Shown piece after piece: positions 1-12,649 of a DNA stretch of 64,000 nt. The position numbers were made by a program, and so were the translations under genes. This stretch comes from Neodothiora populina (Eukaryota): the NCBI RefSeq assembly GCF_041146345.1, contig NW_027191415.1:1302001-1366000 (forward strand). The letters run 5' to 3'. The first letter of the stretch is position 1. Every line of letters starts with the position of its first letter. The notes under the pieces are model-generated. The model made no database searches. It had not been told where the DNA came from and saw only the letters and a list, made by a program, of their open reading frames with translations.

Positions 1-874
1 GAAACGTCGATGCGGGCCCTTTTTTCCTTTGAGTTGTGATTAGGCGATCTTTCTGTTCTTTGCACGTCCAGCATTCTTGGGAAAAGCCAAGGCTTAGCAA
101 TTGCTGGCACATCTTTTGGTAAAACCAAGTATCATTGTCCAGGTAAGGTAGTAGTCGTAAAGGTGAAGTGAGAAAGTGTAAGCGAAGTGCGATAAAGTAC
201 TCGCTTTCTAGCCCCATCAAAGAGAAGATAGAGATCGAGTCCAGGTATATTGGGGTTTCTGTTGCTGGGAGAGTACTGACCGACAGAGAGAGGTGTAGAA
301 AAGAAAGTGGAAAGCTGTTCATGGGGTTAGGACTAGAGGTTGAGAAGAAGACTTCAAGCACATATTCAGTCCATCGCGGTAGGACTTAATGATACGAACC
401 GAAAGTATATTGAAAAGGAATGAGTTGGCAGCGGTGGTGGTTTTAGTAGTTGAGTTTAGCTTCTCGGCGTTAACGATACCATAGTGTTCAAATCGCCATA
501 GATGGGTTTCTCGTGTCTGCAGCTTTCTCTTCTCCCCATTCCTTGACGATATGCATCTTTGCCATATGGTTTTTCTTTCTACATGGGTACATAATTTTTT
601 CCTGACCTGTCATCCATCCATCTACTCATCCATACCGTACATAGACAAACACATCCACATCCACATCCACATACATATGTACATATACACACGTGAGCAA
701 CGATACCCCTCATCTTCTCTGAAAATACGAACAATCGTGTTGTATGCCAAGTGCTGGCAAGAACCCTGATTGGGGACAGGGTCGCCTCAGTGACATGGGA
801 GTTCTGAGAACGTCGACTTCTGCTGGCTTAGCTTGGCTTCATGTAGCAACGAGTAGAAGAAAGAAAAAACGCAT

Positions 875-3840
875 TCATATATAATAGCCCGCCCTCCACT
901 TGCCATCAGCCACCACATCGAATCTGCATTTCGAACCCCGGCTCCTGGCCCGCTGGATGCCTCCGCTCTGGATCCAAGGAAGTAGATTCTTGCATTGAGA
1001 CACGTCGAGCACCTCGAGGTCTTTGCATCCAGCCAAAACGTTTTCCACTCCGGCGCCGGTGACCCTCACGCAGCCGCGCACGGACAAGTATCGCAGGTCT
1101 AGGAGGTGAAGACCGATTGATCTCAAGGACGAATCGGACACTGCTGAGCCACAGAAGGCGAGGTCGAGGTGGGTCAGATGCGTTAGACCTAGAGAAAGGA
1201 CTTCTGTCGCTGTGTCGGATAGGGCACAACAGAATGACTTTGGACGCGGACGTTAGTACGAAAATTCAGAGAAAGAGAGCAAGAAAAAGGAGCAAAAGCG
1301 AAGAAGAGAAGAGAGGAACTCACCAGATCCAGCTCCCTAAGTTCCCTGGCAGCGTTGGCCACACCGACAATAGCCTGATCCGTCAGATAGGTACAATCGG
1401 CCAGGATCAACTTGCGCAGCTTGGGAAAGTTGTGCAGACTCCACTGCTGGAAGCCCTGATCGCTTATACTTGTGCAGCGGGTCAGGTCGATACTCTCGAG
1501 GCGTGATGAAGCATGGACAGCTATATGTGCCATGCTCCTGTCCTGAACGTGTTTGCAGTATGACAGAGTAAGACGCTTGAGGTGGGCGGCGCCTATCACT
1601 GTGCCCGGAGGCGGTTGATCTGCTGGTGGTGGCGCGTGGTTCTGGACGATGACTCCACGTTTGTTGGGCCGCTTAGGCGCAGGGTTGACGGGCGGCAACA
1701 ATGGTGCCGCTTGTCCTGGAGGAGGGTGAGGGACGACCCATCCGACTATCCTCGCAAGCAGGTTATCTCCCACCTTTCGACAATTGCTCAGATCGATGTC
1801 CTCGAGGTACCTAGCCTTGTTGACGAGATCGAGGATAGCCTGGCCCGTCACGTCCCACACGCTTCTCATCTTCCAACTCCGAATGTCCTCGCCGAACGTC
1901 TCCACCAGAGCGTTGAAACCATCGTCGGTGACGTGGAAGCAGTTGTTCATGTTCACATGGCGTGGACGAGCGCCGACGAATGGACAGATGTAATCCTTGA
2001 TGCTCGAGTCTGTGACATGGCGGTTCAGGCGACCCAGATCGAGGTCATGCAGGATGTCAGGACTCGTCTGTAGCAAGCGGTTCCAATGCCCAGACACGAG
2101 ACGCAGACGCATGAGGTCGAGCAGCTCGAGGTTCTGGAAGACGGCGACGAGAACAGCGTCAGGTAACCTGCCTCTGCCTGTCCGGCTGGCATTCCTACTC
2201 AGCACACTCGGACGGCGACTGACCGGGCGATGTCGTGGAGATGATGGCAGCGAAGAAGGCGTTGGCGAGTGGGGCCGCAATGGCGACGGCATGCGGGCTG
2301 CGCCGGGCGGAGAGGGCTGTCGATAGATAGGATCGAAAGCAGACGGAGGTGGACCTTCGGGGGGAGGAGGGGCCAGCGAGCCTCGTCGAGATCTGGAACG
2401 CAGACTGTCGAGCTCCTCGTTGAAGTATGGATCAGGATCCAGCGGATCGGCGGAAAGCGGTGAGGTAGGAGTGGGAGTGGCAGCGGCAGCGGGATGAGTG
2501 TCTTGGGTGAAGGTGACAGTCGGCACACTCTGCTGCCATGAATCCTGGTGAGGAATAGTGGGCGAAATGTCCATGGCAGAGGAAGGGTCGACCAAGACAT
2601 GCTCTTGTTGCGCCGCTCTCAGGCGTCTTTTGGCTTCTTGCTCGACCTGTCGTCGTAGTTCCGTAGACCAGTTCCGCCATAATTCATCCACGACTTCACC
2701 CGTGATCCGTAGACACTCGACGGCATTGATGCTCCGCACAGTCGCCGTTCTCTTGGGAGCCAGCGACAGACTCGTGACTTCGCCGAAATACTGCCCGGTT
2801 TTTAACCTTGCACGCACGCGCGCGTTTGTGTTGGGCAGACTGTCCGTCTTCTGCGTCTGTTGCACACCATTCTGCAATTCCGTCACCACCTCGACCTCGC
2901 CTTTGACGATGAAATACACGTCTCGGCCGTGCGTGTCTTGTTTCAAGATGTCTGTGAAGGGAGCAAACGAGCAAGGCTGAGCATTGACGCCCAGAAAATG
3001 CAAGATCTCGTCTGGTAAGCCAGAAAACAGCGGCAGCTCTTTCAGGATCTGGCGTACTGTCAGACTAGCATTGCCCAGCACACTCGAGGCAGCCAGCTCG
3101 GCCAGACTCGGACTGGGCGATTTCCGTCTCTTGTTGCTGTTGACCTGGCCCTCGACGACCTCTCCACCAGCCTCGCCCATCTCGACATCGTCTGAGATGA
3201 AGTCGCGTGAGCGCTTACGCACCCCGGCTGCTAGCACAGTCGGCCTCGTCGCGTTGCCGGCTCCCTTCTTCATGCGATCCAGTATGGACAACCTCTCGGC
3301 AGCCTCGTCACGGATGGCGCGCTCCACCGTGGGGAAAGAAGGCAGCACTTTCTTCAGGTCTTCCTTGTTCAGCTTGACCACGAGCGACTTTGCACTGGTG
3401 ATGATGGTTGCAGTGCGCGGTATGTCCATGAGAATGCCAATCTCGCCAAAGAAGGAGCCGGGCTTCAGCTCTGCGTATGTGCTCTCTCCATCTCTTGATG
3501 TCACGCGGACGGCGCCTCGCACCAGCCAGTACATGGACTTGGCATCGTCGCCCTCGGTCAGGATGTACTCGTGCGACTGATGCAGCGAGGGGCGGAGGTA
3601 CTTGCCAATGGCGCCGAGGAAGGTGTCTGGGGCCGAGGCGAACAGAGGAAACGACCGTAGACGATCTATGAGCTCGAGAGGGAGACCCTGGATGGTGGAT
3701 GCGTTGAGCGGCGAACCGCGTAGAGGGCGCGAGGGGTTGTAGTCGGAGTCGTATGCTCGCATCAGCGTCAGAGGATCCGTCGACGACAGCGAGGCCGCTC
3801 TGGCGGCAGCAGTCTGGGTGTGAGCTGCATAGCGACGCAT
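875..3840 (-). CDS. Cyclic-nucleotide-binding (2x cNMP) / F-box / leucine-rich-repeat protein; 2 exons (3840-1324, 1237-875)
   Basis: The ORF has two cNMP phosphate-binding cassettes (FFGEIGILMDIPRTATI; YFGEVTSLSLAPKRTATV), an F-box (LPDAVLVAVFQNLELLDLMRLRLVSGHW) and Cys-containing LRRs (LxxLxLxxCxxITD). Intron 1323-1238 (GTGAGT...TACTAAC...AAG) joins ELDL to SFCCALSD, in frame with ORF 875..1141. Confidence 0.9.
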
Positions 3841-6792
3841 TGTTTCCTGCTCACAATGACGCCAAGGTCAAGACGAGGACCTTGCTGACTTGCCCGACCG
3901 GCCAGTGACAGACAAGATGACAATTGATCAGGCCGTGTCTGCAGCGTGGCGTGTCGAGTCGAGTCGAGGCCAGACGAGACGACTACCAGGTATCAAGCCT
4001 GCTTTACTCTAGGACTGACCAGCAGGAGCAAAGTGTCGAGCTCTGTCTCGCCGAATCAGGTTGAGCGGGAAACAGAAGTGATTGTGGGAGAAATATTCCG
4101 ACTGGATGGCCCAGATGTTATTTGGCGGTGTGTGTCTTAGCTATGGTGTCTTGCAAAGGCAGCCATGCGGGACCGATCGATGCGATTGAGCGATTGACGC
4201 CCGGCAATCCAGCGACTTGGATCTGGAACTCCTCAATTTCCAGAGAGATAGATGGAAATGCTCGTGGGTTCTTCTGATTTTCTCTCCACTCTAGACGCGT
4301 CAAGCTGACATGGGAGGAAAGAAAGAGCCCCACTGTACCTTTGACGCTCGACAGAGATGTGTATGTGGATGATGGCTGACGTCGACGTCTTGCCCCAACT
4401 TTTCTTTACGTGCTGTCTATATCCGAGAAATGGCTGAATTACCTATGCGGGAAACTCGTGTGACGCCTTGGTGGAAATAGGAAACTCAAGGTATAACGTG
4501 ATTAAAGTAAAAAAGAAACCTCCAGGTAGCTCGAAGCTGGATTGTCAGGCAAGAACAGATGACACTGCGGGGCGGCAAGGACTGAGGAATGGAACACACT
4601 CCGTTTTCCCTCACCAATATGGGAAGAGAATAAAGGTCAAGGTCACTGACTACGGTACGGTACAGTACTAGTACCTCTAGCCACTCTCCCAAACACCGAG
4701 CGGTGGATCCTATCGATTGAATGAGTGGTTGATAATGATATGATGTATTCCACAAGTAGAGAATCATCCATGGACAATCTTGTCCTCTTCCGAAGCTTCT
4801 TTTGCGAGTCGAGATCTCTGGTCTCTAGTCCACCACAATGCAGCGGCCCGCAGGATAGTTGTCCCTGATAAGTGATTATAATTACTAAACTTCAAGGTGA
4901 TTTGCAGTTACTGTATGTCAAGAGACTCCACTGCTGTATGCTGTAGGTACTGTAAGGTACGATACAAGAAACTTCCCTTCCCCAATTCGATTTCAGGGAA
5001 AACGGGCAGAGCACGAGCTCCCTCCCAGGAGCACAGAACTTGGAAGGCATGATGCGCGCCTCCCGCAAAGAATGACGACGCCGAAGCATGCACGTTCGCT
5101 CCCAGCTCAGTAAAGCGTGTATCCTTAGTGCTAAGACGTAAGGTTAGTCCCAATACACTTTCGACCGCCAGCAGCCATCACCGCATCCAAATGTGATGCG
5201 TCCATATGAAGCATTCAAAGGCCCACTGTGCTGCCTCGGCCCGCCTTTTAGTATCTCTGGTCTATTCCGCTTACCTTACCGCATGCTGCACGAGAACCCC
5301 TGCTTTTCCCCTCTCCACCTTCTAGGCAACGTTTCTAGATTATTCCTTGTGCAAGTCACAAATACTGTACAAAACCTCACTGATAAGTCGTTCTGAGCTC
5401 TAGATCTCCTGGGGGCCTGCGATATCTGAAACGCTATAGTGACCAGAAACGGCCATCCTTTCCCGTGTGCTACTCGTGCCCTCTTCTCAATGCATCGGCA
5501 GTGGAGTATCGTACTTGTACAGCGTGCTTGTGCAATCAAATCATCTTGCCCACGGGGACCCTGACCCTGGAGCGCCCAGAGGATCTTTTTCGCGGCACAG
5601 AACAGACTAACCCAAAGCTGTTCTGGGCATCCGTCCTCGACGAGACCTGACCGTCACGCCGAGCACACATTGCTGTATACTAAGACCTGTGTGGTAAAGT
5701 ACTGGTGATCACTGTCGTGGTAAAATGTTGGAAAGCGGTCTGCAGCTGCGACAAGCTGTACGTCGGTCTGCACTTTTCTTCCTCTTCTCATCAACTCTCG
5801 ACCTTTTCATCAATTGCAGTGCAATCAATCGACTAGCTGTGGCACTTGTTTTTCGCTGACACTTTCGCTCTTCGGCCATCTTCTGCTTGGACATTGTACG
5901 AGTAAGACAGCTCTCCCGCAGCGAGGACCATTGCGCTACAAACCTCACAATACCCACCGCCGAAGCATGGGAGAAAGTCAAATGGCTCTATCTTACCCTG
6001 TATGTTTGTGCCAGAGCTTATCTTTGGCCATGCAAGCTGGAACCGTTCCCCCACAATGCATGCTGCAGCAATACCAAGCTTCAGCCTGCACATTTCACCC
6101 GCTTGTGCCCCGATAATTGATTGCCTCGCTTCACAGTGGCGGCGACTTGCATGCATCACGCACTGCACGGCAACTATGCCTGACAAACCCATGAGCCTAC
6201 CCATGGTATGAATCCATATGGTGCTGTGATGCACACAGATCTGGCATACCTTACCTTACTCCATCCTTATCGCCAAGATTTGCCAATCGCCAATATCGTC
6301 AACGTCATGAGTCGTCGAGCTGACTGATTGAAGTGCTTTGATATCACGACTACAATATTATGAGTATGACAATGGCTCATAAAATATGACTCGTCTTGAT
6401 CATCTCACACACAACAACAAAACTCTACCTATTCGCAAGTTTGATCAGTGTTTCAGCAGCACAGATCGACCCTGTTGCAGCTCTGCAGTCTGCCCTACAA
6501 GTACAAAGACATAACGCGTATTGCCGGGCTGACCAAAACCCGAACCTGGACGTCTGGGATCCACTTGTACTCTCTTGGCTAGATCGGATCCTTACCGAGT
6601 CTAAGCGCATTCGGGATCCCCCTCAACTTGCTAGCAGTGTCGAGTCTACTGGACATGGGTGGATGACTGTTTCTGTCTCGATTGTTGATCGTTGATATTC
6701 GTCAGCCTCTTCTCGTGGAACGATAGTCATGACCGACGAGGCGGAGTCGAGTCTTGGGTGAAGCGAAAAAGACAACAGCCGCGTCACTGACT

Positions 6793-9700
6793 ATGGCGGA
6801 CCTATTCAATACTAGTCGCATATCGTCGATCGATCTGACTGCCGCTTCTCCTCCAACATCTACAGACAACGCCCATGCTTTACCCGCTCAGCCATACCAG
6901 GCTTTGGGAACAGCTACTCCTCCGCCTCAATCCTCATTCAATACCGCGCCTGCGCCTGCGCCTGCGCCTCTTAGAGATGCCAATGGTCGAATCCTAAATC
7001 CGCGCTCTTGCGTCACTTGTCGTCGACGAAAGGTCAAATGCAACAAGACGCATCCATGCGCCAATTGCATCCGTCAACACATTGAGTGTGTCTTTCCCAC
7101 CCCTGGTCGGGCGCCGAGGAAGGCGAGGAAGACTGGCGATTCCAGAGATGCAGAGCTTCTTGCCAGACTTCGCCGCCTTGAGGGCGTTGTCAAGCGCATG
7201 GGAGTCGATCCGGTCACCGAGGAACCGGTCGGAGACACCGTCATGAACAACGTCGAGGAACCTGATGAGGATGACGAGGACGAAGCAGACGCACAAGGTC
7301 CGGCATCAAGGCCGGCGCTGAGACAGGACACAGAAGGAGGCTCTGATCATCACATCGAGCAAGATGATCTACTCAGTCATCGAGCATCGTGTCCCGCGGA
7401 GCTTGCGGCCTCGGTACAGGAAGACCCGACCTCAACTGAACGCCTCCCACCACAGGTGAGAGATCCGTTAGGCAGCGGAGGGTCTGAGCACCGCTTTGGT
7501 CGCCTCGTGGTCAACGAAGGAAAGTCGCGATACATCAACAGTTCCTTCTGGGCTAGCCTGAGTACCGAAGTCGAGGATCTCAAGGGAATCCTCAACGATG
7601 ATACCGACGAAGACGACGAAATCTCGCCGAGTGCTCCAGCTGTGCAATCCGGTCAGCGCCAGGCTTGGGTCTTCAGCTTCAGCTCTCAAAATGTCGACAT
7701 GTTGTCACTGCACCCTTTGCCTGACCAACTATCCACCTACTGGGATATCTACAAGGAAAACGTAGACCCCCTCGTCAAGCTCGTTCACATACCAAGCCTA
7801 GAGCCCACGGTGCTGGCCGCCGCGTCTCATCTGGCCAATCTGTCTAAAAGCTTCGAGGCGTTGCTGTTTGCCATGTATTATGCCGTCGTCACCAGCCTTG
7901 GCCCCGAGGATTGCCTGAGTAGACTGCACGAAGAGCGAGGAACGCTACTGGCGAGATACAAATTCGCTGTCGAGCAAGCTCTGGCACGAGCCAACTTCTT
8001 GACCACCGAAGAAATTGTTGTGCTGCAATCTTTTGTCATCTTCCTCATTTGTCTTCGCAGGAACAATGATGCCCGAGTCATATGGACGCTCACGGGCTTG
8101 ATCGTTCGCATTGCTCAGACCATGGGCATTCATCGAGACGGTCAACACTTTGGCCTTGCTCCCTTCGAGATCGAGATGCGAAGACGGCTGTGGTGGCAGG
8201 TCTGCATCCTAGACGTCCGCGCCTCCGAAGACCATGGCTGTGACCCTACCATCGTTGAGCAGTCTTTTGACACCAAGATGCCACTGAACGTCAACGACGT
8301 TGACCTAGATCCTCAGATGAAAGCGCTGCCACAAGAGAGAGTGGGTTGCACAGATATGACCTTCAGCTTGATCCGCTTCGAGGTCGCCAACACCTTCCGT
8401 CGCATCAATTACATCCCGCCCGGGACACCGCGCGCTTGCGGCGACTTTTACGCTTCCGTGTCGCTGGAAGACAAGGAGCGCTGGATCACCGAGTGCCATG
8501 AGCGGCTGGAACAGAAGTACCTCAAGTACTGCGACATGACTGTGCCATTGTTCTGGGTGACGGCCACAGTGGCACGCCTTATGATGTCCAAGATGTGGCT
8601 CATGGTATATCACCCATTCCAACGTCAGGGTGGCGGCAAAAGTCTGTCTGGCGAGATACGCGATAAGCTGTTCATCACGAGCCTCGAAAACATTGAGTAC
8701 TCGCTTCTTTTAGAGACCGAAGCGCGCACAATGAAGTGGGGCTGGCTGTTCCGTACATATATGCAATGGCATGCCTTTGCGTTCATGCTTAGTGAGCTAT
8801 GTCATCGCACGCGGGGCGAGCTTGTCGAGCGTGCCTGGGTTTCCGTGGAGAGGTCACAAGACGGACGCTGGGCCACAGCTACGGTGACACAGGGCGGCGG
8901 CCGCAACGGCCATCTCTGGCGGCCGCTTGTGCGTCTGTTGAACAAAGCACGACTCGCACGTAAGAAAGCAATCATCGAAGATCAAGCCGCCTCGTTCAAA
9001 ACCGCGAGGGCGACGGCGGCGGCGTCTCTGGGTTTAAGTGCTACTCCGACGCCGCCTCCTGGCTCGACGATGCCTCGACCATACCTGATACGGGCCCCGT
9101 TGAGCGCAGCCCAGCTGCAGCGCTTCATGTCTTCGCCAGCATACGGCACGAAGCCGATTGACTCGACCACACTGATGCGTTCTCCAAAGCTGCAAGACTC
9201 TATGGACATGAACGATGATATGGACGTATCGCCTATGGTCCCGAATGTGGCTGACGACTCCGCCGAGCCGCGGATACCCCTGGTACATGAAATACTGGAT
9301 CAGCAACGCCTGGAGCAACAGTCTCGCGCAGCACAGCTCAATGCGCAAAACGCAGCGTTTGGCACTTCGATTCCATCACCTCCGGGGTTTGGTCCTTTCG
9401 GCGCCGCAAGCTTCAGTCCAGCAGCGTCGAGGGGGTCGACATCGTTGGCGCAGCAAGGCCAGAACAGGACTTCAACGACAACATCGACATCTCCTCCACC
9501 CCGGCCATTCAGCTTTGGCACTGTTTCGGCAAGTCACACAGGCATGCCTTCGATCATGGATGGCAGCGGTGACGGGTTTGGCCGTCACAGCAACCTCAAT
9601 TGTAATAGTATAAATGGCATGGAGACTACTCCACCAGGCTTTTCACCCTTCGATGCCACCACTGGCGAGATCGATTGGGCGAATTGGGACGATATGGTCA

Positions 9701-9870
9701 GGCAGTTCGGTGTGGACGCAGCCGACCCGAACGGCAGTGATGGGAACGGAGCGCAAGCTACGACAGTGAATGGAAACGGCACAGGCATAGGAGACACGTG
9801 GAATGGGTCAGGGTGGAGCTCGGGTTTGGGCATGGGCGGTATGGGTATCGGCGGCGGTGTCATGTTCTGA
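6793..9870 (+). CDS. Zn(II)2Cys6 binuclear-cluster transcription factor with fungal-specific TF (middle homology) domain
   Basis: SCVTCRRRKVKCNKTHPCANCIRQHIEC cluster; AQTMGIHRDG...EIEMRRRLWWQVCILD motif; C-terminal IDWANWDDMV. First in-frame ATG is at 6793 (the ORF track starts at TTG 6754). Confidence 0.92.
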   Translation: MADLFNTSRISSIDLTAASPPTSTDNAHALPAQPYQALGTATPPPQSSFNTAPAPAPAPLRDANGRILNPRSCVTCRRRKVKCNKTHPCANCIRQHIECVFPTPGRAPRKARKTGDSRDAELLARLRRLEGVVKRMGVDPVTEEPVGDTVMNNVEEPDEDDEDEADAQGPASRPALRQDTEGGSDHHIEQDDLLSHRASCPAELAASVQEDPTSTERLPPQVRDPLGSGGSEHRFGRLVVNEGKSRYINSSFWASLSTEVEDLKGILNDDTDEDDEISPSAPAVQSGQRQAWVFSFSSQNVDMLSLHPLPDQLSTYWDIYKENVDPLVKLVHIPSLEPTVLAAASHLANLSKSFEALLFAMYYAVVTSLGPEDCLSRLHEERGTLLARYKFAVEQALARANFLTTEEIVVLQSFVIFLICLRRNNDARVIWTLTGLIVRIAQTMGIHRDGQHFGLAPFEIEMRRRLWWQVCILDVRASEDHGCDPTIVEQSFDTKMPLNVNDVDLDPQMKALPQERVGCTDMTFSLIRFEVANTFRRINYIPPGTPRACGDFYASVSLEDKERWITECHERLEQKYLKYCDMTVPLFWVTATVARLMMSKMWLMVYHPFQRQGGGKSLSGEIRDKLFITSLENIEYSLLLETEARTMKWGWLFRTYMQWHAFAFMLSELCHRTRGELVERAWVSVERSQDGRWATATVTQGGGRNGHLWRPLVRLLNKARLARKKAIIEDQAASFKTARATAAASLGLSATPTPPPGSTMPRPYLIRAPLSAAQLQRFMSSPAYGTKPIDSTTLMRSPKLQDSMDMNDDMDVSPMVPNVADDSAEPRIPLVHEILDQQRLEQQSRAAQLNAQNAAFGTSIPSPPGFGPFGAASFSPAASRGSTSLAQQGQNRTSTTTSTSPPPRPFSFGTVSASHTGMPSIMDGSGDGFGRHSNLNCNSINGMETTPPGFSPFDATTGEIDWANWDDMVRQFGVDAADPNGSDGNGAQATTVNGNGTGIGDTWNGSGWSSGLGMGGMGIGGGVMF

Positions 9871-10322
9871 TGTGCCAACATGACTGTTTAATATGATGGG
9901 TCCTGTATATTTTCCTGCCATACTCTCTGCTCTTCTATATGATATATTGTTTATATATAAGCAAGTTTTGTGTTTCTATTGCCAAGGACGATATGACGCT
10001 GGCCGGACCTCGGTGGCGTGGCAAGTGCCTCTCCAAATCATGACGATTCGATTGTTGTTATCGATAAGGCCAGCTAGATCTCGCCATCGCAGGCAAATGA
10101 CAATTTCAAAGCAGAAGATTCCATGTCGATATCTTCCTTTCCACAACATTGACATCTTACTCATCTCTGCAATACACAGTCGCACGGCACGATTACTATC
10201 CTGCATAGATTGTGTTCCTCGAGGTCCACAATCGTACCTGACCCACCGTCAAAACGAAGTCCCTCTCACTCTCCATCCTCATCGCCACCCTCCTGGTTGG
10301 AGTCTTGAGCGCCACAACAACC

Positions 10323-10955
10323 ATGTCGACCATCAACAACATCTTCGCCCGCCTCACGCGCCCCTTCTCCACGACCAACACCCTGCGCTTCGGCCCCGAA
10401 GGCACTTCAGGCACCTCATCATCGACGACCATCCCCGAAGGCATGCAGAAAGCCACCATCGCAGCAGGCTGCTTCTGGGGCCCCGAGCACATGTACAGAC
10501 ACCACTTCCCGCGCGACGCCATCATCTCGACCAAAGTCGGGTACATCGGCGGCGACACTTCCAACCCTTCGTACCGCGCCGTGTGCTCGGGCAGCACCGG
10601 CCACGCCGAAGCCTTCCAGATGGTTTTCGACCCGCAGAAGGTGTCGTATAGGTCTCTGCTCGAGTTCTTCTATCGTATGCATGACCCCACGACTCTGAAC
10701 CGCCAGGGACCAGACACGGGAAGTCAGTACCGCAGTGGGATCTTCTATCATGATGACGAGCAGGAGAAGATCGCCAGGGAGATCACCAAGAAGGTGCAGG
10801 AGCAGTGGTGGAAGGACGGCAAGGTCGTCACGGAGATTCTGCCCGCGGGCAGGTGGTGGGATGCTGAGGAGTATCACCAGTTGTATCTCGATAACAACCC
10901 CGGCGGTTATGAGTGCCCGAGTCACTTTTTGAGAAAGTTTCCGGATCTGCAGTAA
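10323..10955 (+). CDS. msrA: Peptide methionine sulfoxide reductase MsrA
   Basis: Catalytic AGCFWG, GYIGG, TGHAEA, HDPTTLNRQGPDTGSQYRSGIF and AEEYHQLYL motifs. First ATG is at 10323. Confidence 0.95.
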   Translation: MSTINNIFARLTRPFSTTNTLRFGPEGTSGTSSSTTIPEGMQKATIAAGCFWGPEHMYRHHFPRDAIISTKVGYIGGDTSNPSYRAVCSGSTGHAEAFQMVFDPQKVSYRSLLEFFYRMHDPTTLNRQGPDTGSQYRSGIFYHDDEQEKIAREITKKVQEQWWKDGKVVTEILPAGRWWDAEEYHQLYLDNNPGGYECPSHFLRKFPDLQ

Positions 10956-12625
10956 GGTAGTTACGGCGCTGTAGCGAGTACTGTATCATTATGTCTTTTT
11001 GTCGTGTCATCACATAACCAGACCTACGAAACAATCTCTTGTCCTTTTTCTCGTCCTAGAGACAGGATTGGCTGGCTCGACACGGACATCGGCAGCTACT
11101 TGGTCAATAAAACATCAGGACGGAGACCATCTGTGTATTCAACCAATTCTCTTGATCTGCCGGCGTGTATATCTACAACCCGTGTATCCCCAAAGGCGAA
11201 TGAGAACCGGCGGTTATGAGGAGGGGACAACGCAATCACATCACCTGCAAAGTAGCTACCCCCAGACGACAACTATCCAAACAAAGTCCACCTGATCGCG
11301 TCGAGCGCATGCTCTCTTGGCTGCTATATAGACGGTGGACGCGGGATCGTGGGCTTCTATGTAGAACTGTAGACTGGGACGTGTACACTTTGTGTGTTAA
11401 CCCATGTATATACTATACCTGGGCGTATAGTGGTTTCCACCAAATGTGAGCTGGACCGAAGTAGAGCTGATCTTCATGACGTATCATGAAAGAAAACCCT
11501 CCACAAGTATTGTATAGTAGGGGTCTAGGTACTCTTGCTGCTCATCCGTTCTGTAAGGTATCCAGTACAGGCTCTACAGTACTTCTGATACAGACGAGTC
11601 TGCAACCAAAAGGTGTGTATCTGTATGCTGTGAATAAGGATAATGTTGAGCCGAGCAAACGTTTCAATTCACGCTTCGGACGGCACTGCAGGTTTGACAG
11701 GTCATTGGAGAAAAAGGTTAAGTGACCCACTGTGCGGAGCTTAGAGTACGTACCGTAGCCTGCGAACCGCCGGGGCGGGTAGAACGTAGGGCAGGGCAAG
11801 GTAAGGTAAGCGCTCCCGTCCTACCCGTTTTTGTGTGTTTGCGCTCTCTTAACAGCTCTCACTGGAAGTCCTGAGGTGGTTTCAAGTTCCTTCACCATTG
11901 GGGGTTTTGCGTAATGTGTTGCTGCACAGGCTGCTGACGATGGATGATGATGATGATGATGATGCCTACGATGACTATGATGCAAGAAGACGTCTGAGCA
12001 CACGCAACAGAAAGGGGGGGCTGTGTTTGATCTACTACTAGCTACACCACAGAACGGCATGCTTTCTTTCCCTGTGTGGGTACAAGTACTGTACTACTGG
12101 TAAGTGTGTGGCTGGTGAGAGAAACAAAAAGTGGCAGCTTCTGCTCCTTGATCTGAGCTTGGCGTGGTTCGGGGGTGTCCACTGATGTTCAATTTTTTGC
12201 GTTTAATTTCTTTAGTCCCTCGCGTCAAGGGTGCCGTTGCCGACGCTTGTCGCTGCTGCTGGTGCTGCTTGTCATCGTTGGGGTGGTTTGTGCCATGCTG
12301 ATGCTGCTGCTGCTGCTGCTGCGCCACGGGAAATTGTGGAGAAGGGAGAGGAGAGAGAGAGAAAGAGAGGGGCCGAGAGAGGTCTGGTCGTCGTTCTTTT
12401 CATTTCTTCATTAAAGCTCCCCTTGGAATATGCTGCCGGGAGTCTTCGAGATGGGATGCATGTCTGATACCTCAGATAGAACAATGAGGGTCTAGACGTG
12501 GAAGGGTAAGGTACTTGTTCTACTCGTACCTGTCCAGTAGCTCAATCTTGGAGTCCCTCGTAAAGCGGCCCGTTTGTTCTAAGGCGGGGGGGGGAGGGGG
12601 GACTCGAAGGGTTCGGGGCATTGTA

Positions 12626-12649
12626 CCCTTACCCTTACCCTTACCCTTA
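12626..12649. repeat. (CCCTTA)4 hexamer tandem repeat (TAAGGG on minus strand; telomere-like but not canonical TTAGGG)
   Basis: Four direct copies read from the sequence. Confidence 0.8.

Noticed and set aside
3900..6700. Short ORFs in the divergent region between the cNMP-F-box gene and the Zn2Cys6 gene
   Set aside because: No codon bias, motifs or consistent splice structure; treated as promoter/UTR DNA.
9893..10651. 252-aa ORF overlapping msrA in another frame
   Set aside because: Arg/His/Pro-rich shadow translation of GC-rich msrA plus intergenic DNA; no domain.
11941..11998. Box C/D snoRNA-like ATGATGA...CTGA
   Set aside because: The C box is part of an (ATG)n microsatellite; no terminal stem or recognisable rRNA guide.
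12626..12649. Interstitial telomere
   Set aside because: The unit is TAAGGG, not TTAGGG, with only four copies in a microsatellite-rich promoter region.
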